A DNA stretch of 64,000 nucleotides from Lytechinus pictus (GCF_037042905.1 NC_087245.1:14882001-14946000); one strand, 5' to 3'. Counted from the stretch's first letter, positions 39,255 to 52,569 are shown. Numbers and translations: made by a program. The notes: generated by a model from the letters alone, not told the origin.

Positions 39255-39439
39255 TATGTGTGTGTGTGTATTTGAGTTTTTGTCAGACGTGTATCAATCA
39301 GATATGATTATTTACGTCTGGGACCGACCTTTTAACGTCACCATCCGAAAGACGTGACCAGGGCTCGAACCTCGAACCTCTGCATCAATTTGTAACTTCC
39401 CCACAGCTTGGATTACAGGCGCACGCCACAACGCCCAGT
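39255..39439 (-). mobile_element. Chimeric SINE with 7SL(Alu-domain)-like head, B box, Deu/Nin-like core, 3' hairpin and (CA)n tail
   Basis: Minus strand ACTGGGCGTTGTGGCGTGCGCCTGTAATCCAAGCTGTGGGGAAG...GGTTCGAGCCC...GTCTTTCGGATGGTGACGTTAAA...CAGACGT(23 nt)ACGTCTG...ACACACACAC. Confidence 0.75.
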
Positions 39440-41544
39440 TGTACATCTTCTCATCTTATCTATATCAAACCATATCATAACCTTGTTATATTACTGGGTA
39501 GACGATGCGGAGTACCACTTCAATGACAAATATCGATCGACAGTTATTTCAGTAACCCAAAATCGATATGGTGATATTTCGAAAAGGCTAACACTTCGAA
39601 ATAATCAGTTTAATTTGTATCGTTTGCGACATTTTAGAGGATGACCACATTTCCAATGTTAGCATGCTTAGATGTAACTTTGATAAGATCATGAAGAAAC
39701 TGGGGTACACACGCCGAGATAGAGTTGTAAGACAGGGGTGTGAGAAGGGGGTGAAAGAAGGGATATACAAATGAGTGATTGGAAAACAAGACTGAAGAAG
39801 AGGAGTGTCGTTGATCTAGTTCCCTTATGAGCACAATCTAAATTTGCTGTTTTAAAGGGACACCATGATCATATATGAGACCAAGTTAATTGAAAGAATC
39901 AATATAGTAACCACATTAACGTATTATTATAGATTTTCATGGGCCACTTCGGATAAACATGTCCTTTACTTTTGATAAACTCACAATATGAACCTGACTT
40001 TGTGAAAATATTTACATAAAGTACCATTGTCGTAATGATAACAATGTTGGTATCTCATATACAATAACAACAATTAATCATGACAATTTATACATTGTAG
40101 TATGAAAACGAGTTCGGGTCATTATGAATTACGTCACACAGGAAGAATTATTTAAAAAAAGAACATGTGCGTGAAAGTTTATTGTCATATATATTCATTT
40201 TCAGTGAAACTTTGGTAAATATGATGGTTACATTCGTAAAACATCATTGATCTCCAAAAAAATGCGCATTATATCTATGCAAGGCTTTTGGCCTTTTGCT
40301 ATTGGATAATTAGGCTCACGGCAAAGGTAATGACCGCTAGAAATAAAATATGAAGTATTGTTCATATTTTCATTGTCATATTTTCAATTGTTATCCGTTG
40401 CCTTTGTACAATATCAAGCTGATTGTCGATCTTTCTAGATATCAGTCATTTTTTACTCATGAAATGTTACTTAAAGAAAAGGGACAGGTTTATCAACTTT
40501 GGAAAACAATTATATAGGTCTAAGTTGGTTATTGGAACCACTACAAACAAACTTTTGACTTTTCTATTTTATTTGGAGTACTCATTTTAATCGCGATATG
40601 ACAGTTTAATTCACAGAACAACCATGGTACCATTAATTATACCCCCCCCCCCTCTTCGGGTCCCCTAAAAGGGAACAGTCAAGTGAGTCATTTCTATTAC
40701 GATGACCATTGAATTGATGTGTGTGCCACTGACTGTGACCAGGTACAATAAACGATTCTATAGGCTAAAGGTCTGATTTCTTTTACAATGACGATTTTAT
40801 GGACAATTACTTACCAAGCATATCGTCATTGTGATTTTGTTGAGTTCCGAAACACAAGTAAATGTTATGACATTTGAAATTTTCCCCAAACATGCACAAG
40901 AGATGTGTATAAAAGAGGGTCCATGATGTCACTCATTCACTGTTTCTTTGCATTTTAGTGTTTGAATTATACAATATTTCATTTTTGAATATCTGACAAT
41001 AATAAGACTCTTCATCAATTAACAATAGATTACAATCGCAATTCCATAATAGTAAGATATAAAACTTTGTGTAACATTGTAATGAGGAGAAAATAAAAAT
41101 ATTCCAAATTCGATAAAGCAAAATGCAAAATAAATAGTGGGTGGGTGATATTATCAGTTGCATACCGACAAGGATGTGCATATAAATTTTTTGTGAAATT
41201 AAGCCCCAAATTAAAATTTAATAACTTTTTCAATTGAGGTCCTATTTCGATAAAAATGTTCATTATTAAACTGGTATGTTTTTTTCTCCCTCTCACTCTC
41301 TTTAATTATCTCATCCTTTTGCTGGGTGAACTTTTCCCTTACAAATAAAGCTTTTTAACAATGTTAGTGGATGCATTGACAGTATTTTAATATTTTGGAC
41401 ATACTCTAACATCACCCAAAATGTCCAAGGGCAGATATTGGATTTACCAGGAGAGAGATGCACTTTGAAAAATGACAATAAAAAAAGAAAAGATTGGGAA
41501 GACGCTATGTACAGTGTATAAGCAGATCTGAAAGCACGAGAGTT

Positions 41545-41925
41545 CGTCATTATCGTCACTTCTTTTCCACCACCACCACCGCCATCATCATCAGTTGCCA
41601 TCGTCGTCACCGCCACAATCATTATCATCATAAGTTATCATCTCCACCATGACCCCATGACTACTACAATTATCATTGTCAACGTCCGTCACCATTTTTG
41701 TCGCTATGCCATCGCAATATCATTATCTTCATTTTGCCAACCATCACCCACGATGATGACCACCTCTATCATCATCATCATCACCACCATAATCACCATC
41801 ACCATCATCATCGCCACCATCACATGCACCACCATCATCTTCAACATCGTCGTCGTCATCATCACCATCAGCAGCAGCAGAGTGTCATCACCGTCACCCT
41901 CATCTTTCGTAACCACCACAACAAT
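41545..41925. repeat. Degenerate (CAT/CAC)n trinucleotide low-complexity tract
   Basis: Seen directly; source of the poly-H, poly-I/T and poly-M/V ORFs. Confidence 0.9.
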
Positions 41926-41945
41926 TCATTAACAACATGATTGAT

Positions 41946-42173
41946 GCAGATCGATGTAGTCCATAATCGTAGAGCAAAACATAATGCCGGAATTGGCACA
42001 TCACGCTCATAATTATTTACAGAACTGTAATTTTCGATTGATGTGTGACAGAATAGACAATGGCAATATTGTGTTAACATTACGTAATATGTCTTCACTC
42101 GTTGATTCATCTTGTTTTCGCTATCTGAATCAAAATAATTAAATCATTATAATACGATTATGGACTACATCTG
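41946..42173. mobile_element. Short TIR element
   Basis: GATGTAGTCCATAATCGTA inverted as TACGATTATGGACTACATC. Confidence 0.65.
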
Positions 42174-42379
42174 CTTAATAAACCTCTTGTTAAACTCTCG
42201 GAAGACTGGTAGAAACAGTGATTTCAACGAAGTAAAGTATGTTCAGATATTTTCATGATTATAACATTACGTTAAAAACACTGACATGGAGAAGATGGCA
42301 TCAACCCTCTGTGTATTATGAAACGGTATGATGAAAAAATACCATATTTGTTAAACATAAACAAAAAGGCGTTACTTAC

Positions 42380-42900
42380 CTTGCATCGTGTATTGAATCT
42401 AGATCTTTGAAAAATAGGCGTGTTCTATCTCGTATTCTACTTTGTAAAGTAACAGAATTGGCCACAGAATTATGTGCTCTTACACCAGGCTCCTGGAATA
42501 TATTATGGAATTTCTCGACGCCTTGAGCTCTATTATCATGCTAACTACGCGGGCATCTTTTTTATGTCTTTCCGAAGGAGCATTGTTAAAACCCTGAACT
42601 CAAGGAGAACAATGGCGTAAATCTCTCTGCAAATATGAATTTTCTTGTAGATCAAGAAAGCGGTTATAACAATACCAGCCTTTGCACAGGACGCATGTAG
42701 TGGCCGGTGGCAGTATGAATGGGAGTGTCGGCGACCGTCTGCCCAAGTGAGTAAAATGAAAGAAAGTATGGATGAATGCCTCCGAAGAACAAAATCGATT
42801 TGAATAAACTCAGGGCGGTGTGTTGTTCCCAAAGTCCTCCAAATTTAGAACCACAACTGACGGGTTTTTTTTTTTGCTGTCTATTCCAATCACTTTCGTG
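42380..42900 (-). other. Candidate upstream (5' UTR) exon and promoter of the membrane protein gene; start approximate
   Basis: Consensus donor CAAG|GTAAGT at 42380/42379; CpG-rich unique sequence upstream; acceptor TTTTATATAG directly precedes ATG 38798. Confidence 0.45.
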
Positions 42901-43143
42901 AATGGGTTTTGGTGTTTAAAGATATATCGTCCGTTAGGTATTACGTAACGACGTACCATCTCCTATTGTTATGGTGAAGAGTTGGTGGTAAGGCTAAAGG
43001 TAGGTCATGAAGGAGCTCGATCGTACTGAATCGTAGGTATACCGATGCCTCGAGGTAAATGGAAACATCGGGAATGGTTGTTAATGACCTTTGAATAAAA
43101 CATTCCTTTCTTCAGGATAACTCGAAGGTCTCGATGCTCTGAT

Positions 43144-43350
43144 TAAAGGTCAAGTCCACCCCAGAAATATGTTGATCTGAATCAATAGAGAACATCAAAC
43201 GAGCATAACACTGAAAATTTCATCAAAATCGGATGTAAAATGATGAAGTTATTACCTTTTAAAGTTTCGTTTATTTTTCACCAAATAGTTCTATGCACAA
43301 CTCATTGATATTCAAATGAGAGAGTCGATGAGGTATCTCACTCACTATTT
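43144..43350 (+). mobile_element. Fragment of an abundant Kolobok-like family (TTAAAGGTCAAGTCCACCCC end)
   Basis: Related fragments at ~10395-10545, ~44090-44600 and ~60590-60845. Confidence 0.55.
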
Positions 43351-44619
43351 CTATTGATATGCAGTCTTGTAAAGAGCTCACAACTTTCTGTTGCAAGCGG
43401 CAAAGATCGTTCAAAGATTAAAAAATAATAACTACAACCTACTCATCTCGACCCTCAATATTTTTTTCTGCGAGATTGCGTTTCTGTTGTGACAGACTTT
43501 AACAGCCCAGAGAGACAATGATGAACTTTTAAAGAAGTTTCAAATCAATTCAGTTTCAATTTAATGCTTCTTTCAATTCCAATTAAAAGGCAATGTAGAG
43601 TAGGCCGGCCCTTTAAATCAGAGTAACAATGATAAGGCAAGCAAGTGCAAGATGGAACGATAGAATAAACAGAGCCCCCTAGCTGCCTCCATATGACAAT
43701 AAAAAGACACAATATTACTAGAATTGAAATAAAGCATGCAAACAACTTAATGAACGTTTATGTCAGACATGGATAGGCACAAAATAGGCAAATAATTTTT
43801 TTTCTCTCCCCCTCTCCTTTTCTCACTCTCTGTCTCTGATTATTATTTATTATTTTGGTATTAAAAATGAATATCACAAATTATGTCAAAGTACCCAGTA
43901 TTATTAACCTATACAAAATAAGCAATAACAACAGAACAAATTACATAATAGTTTTATAGATACAAACGTGGGATTGTATTGATTATAATGATAAAAAATA
44001 AAAACTAATAGAGTGCGCATAATCGGGTAATATTATTTTGATTGCTCTTTTATTAACGTGCATCCATCTCTATTAAACATTATAAATGGTTCAAGTCCAT
44101 CCGAAACAACTACAAGTTAATTCAATTAGATAGAAACAAATAAAACGATTACAACGCAGAAAACCGGATGTGAAATACGAAAGATATGATTTATTCCCTA
44201 TGAAGTTTCGCTTAACATGAACAGGTGCATGAGAGAGTCGATGTCACACTATCACTGTTTCTTTTTGTATTTTATTAACCCTTACTGTACATTTATCGGG
44301 CTATTTTGTGAAGAGAATACCCCGTGAAGTCAGGGCTGAAGATGGATACAGAATATTGTAATTTTTACAGATTTGAAAATAATAAAGCTCTTCATTTCAA
44401 CCGCAATAACAATTCCACACGTTAAAGGAGAAACATACACAGTTCACAAATATTTCATATTGCATACAATCCAGGATGTGATTATGTAGTACGCAAAACT
44501 TTAATGTAATAATTTTCTTATTTTACATCCGATTTTGATGATACTTTCTGTTATATGTTTGTTTTATTTCCTCAATCTTTTCACATTTTTGTTTTGCTGT
44601 CTAATAGCTCATTGTACAT

Positions 44620-46291
44620 TCTTTTTTTGGGGAATAGTTTCAACTATTAAATAATGCGAGCGCAAAGCGCGAGCTGAAAATTATTGACATTCCGACCTAA
44701 AAATTGACGTTCTAAGCACTTTTTGTAACCATGAAGAGGATAGGAAAATAATTAAACAATAATTGATTCGAGCGCGAAGCGTGAGTAGAGAAATTGAGAT
44801 TTCAGCCCTAAAAGCGGGACATTCTATTCACGTTTTGTAAATCATGAAAAAAGAATTGGTAATTTGGTATCTCCCTATTAATAATGCGAGCGCGAAGCAC
44901 CAGCAGAAGTTCTTTACTTATATTCTGATCTGAAAGTGAATAATTTAAGCACGTTTCAAATAAAGAACAAGCCATGCGTATCTCAATATAAAAGCGTGCG
45001 CGTGTTTTAGAGTCAGACAGAATCTGTGCATTCGGCAAACATTTTTTAAATCATGAAAATCAATAATGCGAGCACGAAGCGCGAGCTGAAAATATTTGAT
45101 ATTCCGACCTGAAAAGGGTCAATTTAAACACTATTCGAGCACTGTGAAGGAAAATTGTGAAGTAGATGTGGATCACTCTTGATAAAATTATGCGAGCGCG
45201 AAACTCGATTATTTTGACCTAGGGCCGGGACATTCAATGGAATGTCATCATTATATAACCATCTTTCTATTCCTCTTTCTAAGCGTGAGACACTAGCGTA
45301 CCTAGGGGGGGGGGGGGCAGACTGCCCCCTGACGAGTCACGACCCATGCAAGGGACATATCCCTGCCCCCCTGACGAGTCTTGAAGACCTTAATTTGTGG
45401 TTGAAGACCTTTTTTTTTTTTTTTTTTTTTTTTTTGCTTGTCAATTTTTTTGGCGGACGAGATCCTTTATTTGTAGTTGAAGACCTTTTTTTTTTTTTTT
45501 GGCTTGTCAATTTTTTTGGCGGACGAATTTGCCCCCCCCCCCTGTGGAAAATTCTAGGAACGCCACTGGCGTGAGATGAAACTTGTCGATTCTCCATTCT
45601 GAAAAGGGAACAAGTTAGTTATTAGGAATTCATGAAAATCTTATTATCTTATTTATTAATCTAATAAGCCAATAATGAGAGCTGAAAATTGACATTTTAA
45701 GCACCTTTGTAATTATGAATAGGATGCATGGGTTAATATATTTTTAACAATTAATGCGAGCGCAAATCGCGAGCCGAAATTTTCGATAAACTGTCATAAA
45801 AAAGGGATTTTAAGCACTTCGTTAAAGAATTACCACAAAGATATACATAATAACTCTCAAATTAAAATGCGAGCGCACAGCGCTAGCTCATACTAAACCT
45901 ATGTTTTGACAATCAGACACCTGAAAATATTTTGAAAACTTTATGGAAAGACAATTGGTACCTGGCAAATCAAATAAATGCGAGCGCACAGTGCAAGTTG
46001 AAAATGTTGATATTTAAACCATGAAACGACAATTTTACATAGCACTTAAAAAAATAGATTTGTACATAAAACTAATTATGAAAGCTCGATGTCCGAGCTG
46101 AAATATGTTTTGTATATTGACTTCAAAAATATTTTTTTAAGCTGTATATCAGCCCATTGAGCAAGATCTCATCGAACAGGCAATTCGAGAACGAAACGCG
46201 AGCGAAAACTTTATGTAGTAACACGAAATATTTTTTCCCGCTAATAGCTAGGGGGAGGGGGCCTAGCCCTCGCTCCCTGGATCCGCCTATG
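44620..46291. mobile_element. Second, left-truncated copy of the GCGAGCGCGAAGCGCGAGC element
   Basis: Colinear with ~34850-36250 in the same orientation; ends CTGGATCCGCCTATG. Confidence 0.8.
45291..45568. mobile_element. hAT-like MITE with 8-bp TSD
   Basis: CACTAGCGTACCTAG / CTAGGAACGCCACTG termini; GCGTGAGA duplicated at 45283-90 and 45569-76. Confidence 0.85.
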
Positions 46292-46431
46292 TAGTAATAG
46301 AATCATTGATGTACTTTTGTACCTAATGACTTTTTCCATTGTAATGAGTTTTTAGTTATTGATTCTACTTTCTGTTTCTTGTTATGTTAATCAAGAAAAT
46401 AAAAAAACATTAGTGAAAAATTTTACATTAA

Positions 46432-49400
46432 AGGAGAATGAAACTCTTGGAGCAAGTTAGCTTTTGTGAAAGCAGAAAAATCAAAGAATAAGATCAACAA
46501 CAGTTTGAGTAAAATAGGACTAGCAATAGAAGAGTTATGAGCATTTGAATGTCGAGATCACTAATGCTATGGAGATCCTCCTATTGGCAATGCGACCAAG
46601 ATCTATGGTGTAACAGATGAACAACTCTCCCTTTTTGGACACTGAAAATATATAGACGGGTCAATATATGGTTTGACCCGGAACAAATTGCAACAAATAA
46701 TTTTTCAACTGTTTCTGGTAGTATTTGACCTCAGGAATAACATACTAAAAATCTACCAAAATCCGCATACGGGAAAGTAGTTATTTTCAAGATGGCGTCC
46801 AAGATGGCCGCCATTCACTGAAAATTGATATAACTCAGTCATTATTCACCCGAAAATCCTAATTCGGTTCATATTCCATGGTCGAGTGGGTAAAAGAATT
46901 TATTGATACGAGTCAGAGTGAATATTAGCGCTCCGGGGTACCAGGAAAATCCAAGATGGCGCCCAAAATGGCTGCCGTATGCTAAAAAATCCACAATTCA
47001 TCTATTACTTTCTTAGGTGGCTTTATTTTGGTTTCTATTCAATGGTTTGAATGGTGAAGTAGTACATCGGGACAAGTTACAAGGACAGCCAGTGGTTTGG
47101 TGCGTCCAAAAATCCAAGACGGCTTCCAAAAATTGAGTTTAATATGGCTGTCAATACTTAAAATGGACATAGCTCATATCATATCCACTTGGGAGATATG
47201 ATTTTGGTGTCTAGACCATGGTTTAAATGGTCAAATAATACATTGGAACAAGTTACAAGGACAGTCAGTGGTCCGGTATGTTCAAAAATCCAACATGGCT
47301 CCCAAAAATGGAAAAGAAAATTCTCCTGCTACTAAAAAAAAAAACCCAACATAGTTTGTTCAATATCCGGGAATATGATTTTCGTGTCTATACCATGGTT
47401 AAATGGGTCAAATAATTCATTGGGATAAGTTACAAGGACGATGGGTGGTGAAGTATGTCCAAAAGTCCACGGTGGCTTAAAAAATAGTATGAATTAGCCA
47501 CTGGTATTTAAAAATGGACAAAGTTCATGTAATATCCGTCAAGGGCATATGATTTTGATGTGTATACCATGGTTTTAAAAGTCAGAGAATTAGTAACAAG
47601 GACAGCCAGTGGCCCAGTATCTCGAAAATTCAAGATGGCTTCCAATAAACGGAGTCTAAAATGACTGCTGTTTCTTTGAAAATGGACATAGTTCATTCAA
47701 AATCCACCAAGGAGATGTGATTTCGGTGTCAACACTATGGTTTCATGGTTAAAATAAGACGTTTGCACCGGTTACATTGATATGTAGTTGTCCAGTTTTC
47801 CTAAAAATCCAAGAGGATTTTCAAAAAAGGCATCTTAAACGACTAATATCACTCAATAATGGTCCGAGTTCTACAATTTCTTTCTGTAAGAAATAATGTT
47901 GGTGTCTAAATTGTGGTATGATGGGTCAAATAATACATTCGGACAAGTAACAAAGATGGTTAGTATTACATTTTGTCAAAAAAAAATCCAAAGGGGATTC
48001 TGAAATTTCATCAAAATGGGTACTGTTACCAACTCATGAAACAATATGAAAACTAAATGTAGACACCAAGATTATTTCTCACAGGTCTATAATGTTTGAA
48101 CTATGTCCATTTTTAAGTAACAGCACTCACTTTTGAACCAATTTTTTGAAGCCAACTTGGATTTTAAGGCAAAACGGATAACTGCATATCATGGTATCCA
48201 GTCCCAAAGTATTTTTGACCCTTGAAACCTTAATGTAGACACCAAAATACTATCCCCAAGTAACAAAAGTCATTTAAAACCCCAATTTTTAAAGCCATCT
48301 TCGATTCTTGGACACACCTGACACCTGACTGTCCTTTCAACTTAACCCAATATATTACTTGACCCTTTAAACTCTAGTGTATACACCAAAATCATACCTT
48401 CAATGTGTATTTCTAATAAACTATGTATACTTTCAAGTAACGACTGTCAATTTACACCCCATTTTTGAAGTCACCTTGGATTTTTTAAACATACAGACAA
48501 CTGATCTTGTAACTTACCCTGGTGTATTACCTGACCCTTTAAACCATGGTTTACACACCAAACTCATATTCTCCAGACAGATATTGAACAAACTATGTCA
48601 TTTTATAAGTAACATCAGACTTTTTACTCCTTTTTTGGAAGCCATCTTGGAATTTCTGACATACTAGTCTACTGACTGTCATTGTAACTTGTCCTTATAT
48701 ATTATTTGACCCTTGAAACCATATTTTAGGCACCGAAATCATATCTCACAGGCGAGTATAAAATGAGCTACATGTATGCCACTCTTTATGTATCAGCAGC
48801 CATTTTAGAATCAATTTTCGGAAGCCATATTGGATTTTTGGTCATACCAGACCACTGAATGTCCTTAAAACCTGCCCTAATGTATCATTTTGACCCTTGA
48901 AACCAGTGGTTTAGACGCCAAAATCGCATCTCCCAGGCTGATATGAAATAAACTATGTCCACTTTCAGTAACAGCAGTCAATGTAGAATCAATTTTTGGA
49001 AGCCAACATAGATTATTTGAAATGCCAGGCCTCTGCCTGTCCTTGTAACTAGTCCAAATGTATTAATTGACCCTTGAAACCAGTTGTTTAGACACCAAAA
49101 TCACATCTCCGAGGCCGATATGAAATGAGCTATGTCAGCAACTTATTTTTAAGATCAATTTTTGGAAGCCATCTTCGATTTTTGGACATACCAGACCACT
49201 GACTGTCCTGGTAACTTATCCTAATATATTATTCGACCCTTAAAACCCGTAGTTTAGACATCAAATTCACATCTCCCAGGCCAAAATGATGTCCACTTTA
49301 AGTATTAGCAGCCATTTCAGAATCAATTTTTGGAATCCATCGCGGATTTTTGCACATACCAGGCCACTGACTTTCCTTGTAACTTGCCCCAATGTATTAT

Positions 49401-50530
49401 TTCACCCATTTAACCATGGTATAGACACAATCATATTTCTGGATATTGAGCTAACTATGTCGGTTATTTTTTAAATAGCAACAACAATTTTAGACTCCAT
49501 TTTTGGAAGCCATCTTGGATTTTTTAACATAATATGGACCACTGACTGTCCTTGTCACTTGACCCAATGTCTTATTTGACCATTGAAAACATGGTCAAGA
49601 CACCAAAATCATTATGTCCCAGGTGGATATGAAATTAACTAGGTCCATTTTAATTATCAACAGTCATTTTAAATTCCATTTTTGGAAGCCGTTTTAGATT
49701 TTTGGACACCATCTTAGATTTTTGGACACACCAGATCAATGGTGTCTTTGTAACTTGTTCCTATGTACTACTTCACCCTTAAAACCAATGAATAAAAACC
49801 AAATTATTACCACATAGATGAATTGTGGATTTTCAGCCTACGGCAACCATTTTGGGCGCCATCTTGGATTTGCCAGGTACACTGGAGGGTTTATAATTCA
49901 CTCTAGCTTGTATCAAAAAAATTTTACCCCCTAGACCATGGAATATGAATCGAAATAGGATTCTAGGGTGGATAAAGAGTCATTTTCAGTGAATGGCGGC
50001 CATCTTGGACGCCATCTTGAAAATAACCACTTTCCCGGATGCGGATTTTGGTAGATTTTTAGTATGTTATTTCTGAGGTCAAATAGTACAAAAAGCCATT
50101 GAAAAATCATTTGTTGCAATTAGTTCCGGGTAGGGGTATTTTTGGTCGTAAATTGACCCGTCTAATACCCCAAAACATCTCTTTTTGCTCATTCTAATCA
50201 TATGACAAACGATTCATCAATGATATAATTTTGTGAAACCTCTGTACTTGTCCTCTCATAAAGAGAACACCTCACCTTGTGACAGACTCTATAAAAGTGA
50301 GAATATAAGTGAAATAAGTACTAAAGTAATGAGGGAGTTGTACGTGTGTGACATCACAGATCTTGGTCGCATTGCCAATTGGAGGATCTACATGGCATTA
50401 GTGATCTCAATGTTCAAATGCTCATAACTTTCTTATTATTCATTCAATCTTCCTAAAACTTTCAACAATACGTTTCTTTGATTTTTCTCTTTGATATGGA
50501 TTCAGCTGGTTTCAAGGGTTTCATTTTCCT
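46432..50530. mobile_element. Kolobok-like non-autonomous element split by an Academ-like insertion
   Basis: TTAA|AGGAGAATGAAACTCTTG ... CAAGGGTTTCATTTTCCT|TTAA; inverted arms ~46432-46620 vs ~50345-50530. Confidence 0.82.
46653..50164. mobile_element. Academ-like foldback element with opposed tandem arrays
   Basis: TAGACGGGTCAAT ... ATTGACCCGTCTA termini; 3-bp TSD ATA; degenerate tandem units switch orientation near 48030. Confidence 0.82.
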
Positions 50531-51759
50531 TTAAAAGATATGTGTAAACAATTAATGATTAAATTTCATCATGCATTCTTAAAAATCGTTTCCTTTTTAG
50601 GTTTTATTAAAAAGAGGTATAAAAAAATTAACACATTGATGAGCTGGCTATTTTCAGTGAAAAATAATAATTTCAACAATTTTCTAATGAATTAAAAAAA
50701 CAGTTTGCTAACTTAAATAAATAATTAATTCTACTCATTATTGATATAATTACAGTTATTGTTCATTTACATGTATTTTTACTAAGACAATATTTAATTA
50801 GACAAATGATTCAAAATGATTTGATGCACGTTTTTTAAGCAATCTTCAGTGTCACATGAAAACGTGTCATTGTGCAAAATACAGAGGTCAATTGGCGAAA
50901 TCACCCTCACAACAGCCCAAACCGCCACTATAAAATTTCTAAAATCGCCAAGATCCGCCACAGACAATACCTCCCCCCCCCCCCAAAAAAAAAAAAAAAA
51001 ACGGAATAAAAATATTATTCTACATCAAAACAAAATTATGAGATTTGCTTTGTCAGCATGATTGCTAGTTCAGCCAATTGTATTATTTGATGACGAATAA
51101 TGGGATGAATTCTGCCCCAATCATAAATCGAGAAAAATTATAAAGACATATAAGTCCGGGTAATAAAAGTTTAGCTCCCTCTACGTTTCGTACATGCAAG
51201 GAACAAAATTTACACGACTCATGCCAAAAATCGGTGTCTGAAAAGTTCATTAGGTGAGTAAATTACATTTTTGTATGACTTATGCGAACTATTGATTGAC
51301 TAAAGAGTTGTATTTGAACTATAAGATAAAATTTCAGGTTCACTATGTGACTTTCTTTTGGAAATAATGACTATAATATATGCCTTGCTTCATCGTTGAA
51401 TTTAGATCTTTCACCTCGGTCCCATATGTATACATTTTTGTCGGTTGGCCTATACGGGGAAAATTCTGAATCTGACAATTTCCTGGAGCTGAGCTGAGTG
51501 AACTCCGTGCAGTCGATTTTGAGTTAAAAATGTGGAATTCGCGAGATATTTTCAAAGCAAGTGGCAGCTTAGCTCCAATTTAAGAAGTGGGTCACTGAAA
51601 AAATGCACTAAAATAAAAATGAAGAAATCCGTGGTTTTTGAATTTTGGTTCCGATTTTGCGAATGTTCTCGCCAATAATGTAGATTTTTTATGATCGTAT
51701 ACTATTGCCATTGAAATTGCACAGAAATCAAGTTGACATGCTTGCGGGAGGTGGCACTG

Positions 51760-51910
51760 CGGCAGACCTCCATTTGACATGAAGTCTGGGTCCGAGCGCA
51801 GGAGCTAATGAGTAATGGCCTCTGCAACTTCCGGGTTGCATATCGCATGCTGTGCTCGCATGCATTGACTTTGAACGGAGGAGGGCAGGGCTATCGAATG
51901 GCTGGTGCTA
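51760..51910 (+). promoter_or_regulatory. Candidate PSMD14 core promoter
   Basis: GC/CpG-rich patch 1.3 kb upstream of the ATG exon with an ETS motif ACTTCCGG (~51827) and CGCATGC repeats; TSS not determinable. Confidence 0.4.
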
Positions 51911-52569
51911 AATATTGTGTTTCATATCAAGATTTTATGAAATATTGAGATAGGAGGAGAAAATAAACATTGCATTTGAAAAAAATTGAAACAAACATTG
52001 AGGCATCTTTCATTTTGTGAAAAACCGTTTAGAACAAAATATATTGCAGAAATAAATGTTAAACTCCAGGCAGATTACTCTAGAGTCTGTTGAATTGTGA
52101 GTTGAAATTGGATTTTGCAATTAAGAATAAACAATGTATTGGGGAAATTTTTTGTAAGGAGAGGATTGAACAAATAATACTGCAGTTGAATCTTGGGCAG
52201 ATCAATCTCATGACTCTAGTATTTAGACATGCTAGATAGAAATTAGAAGATAGACAAGACCTTGTATTTCCTGTCTGATAGTACTCAGATTCCCTTCAGA
52301 GAGCTCTGCTATGAGGCAGCAGAGCTTTAGGTAAAGTTAAAGGAAATATGTTCCTGCATTTTTTCATTCATCTTTTAATAGGGAAGATAATAATAAAAAA
52401 ATCAGGAAAATGAGGGGTGTAATCCACCATAACAAGAGGTTAATTGTTGGATTTTTGAAATTTTTTATAAAATTAAATACCTGAATTTCTGAATCTCATG
52501 CCTTTTGCCCAGTTTTATTTGCAGGTTGAATCAAATCTAATTCAATGGAGTAATATGTATGGACGTCTT

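Noticed and set aside
39255..39439. Human Alu contamination or a genuine 7SL gene
   Set aside because: Similarity covers only the first ~45 nt; no Alu dimer, poly-A or SRP S domain; seamlessly embedded in host-like sequence
41657..41940. His-rich and hydrophobic ORFs
   Set aside because: Translations of a (CAT/CAC)n tract in several frames, without splice support
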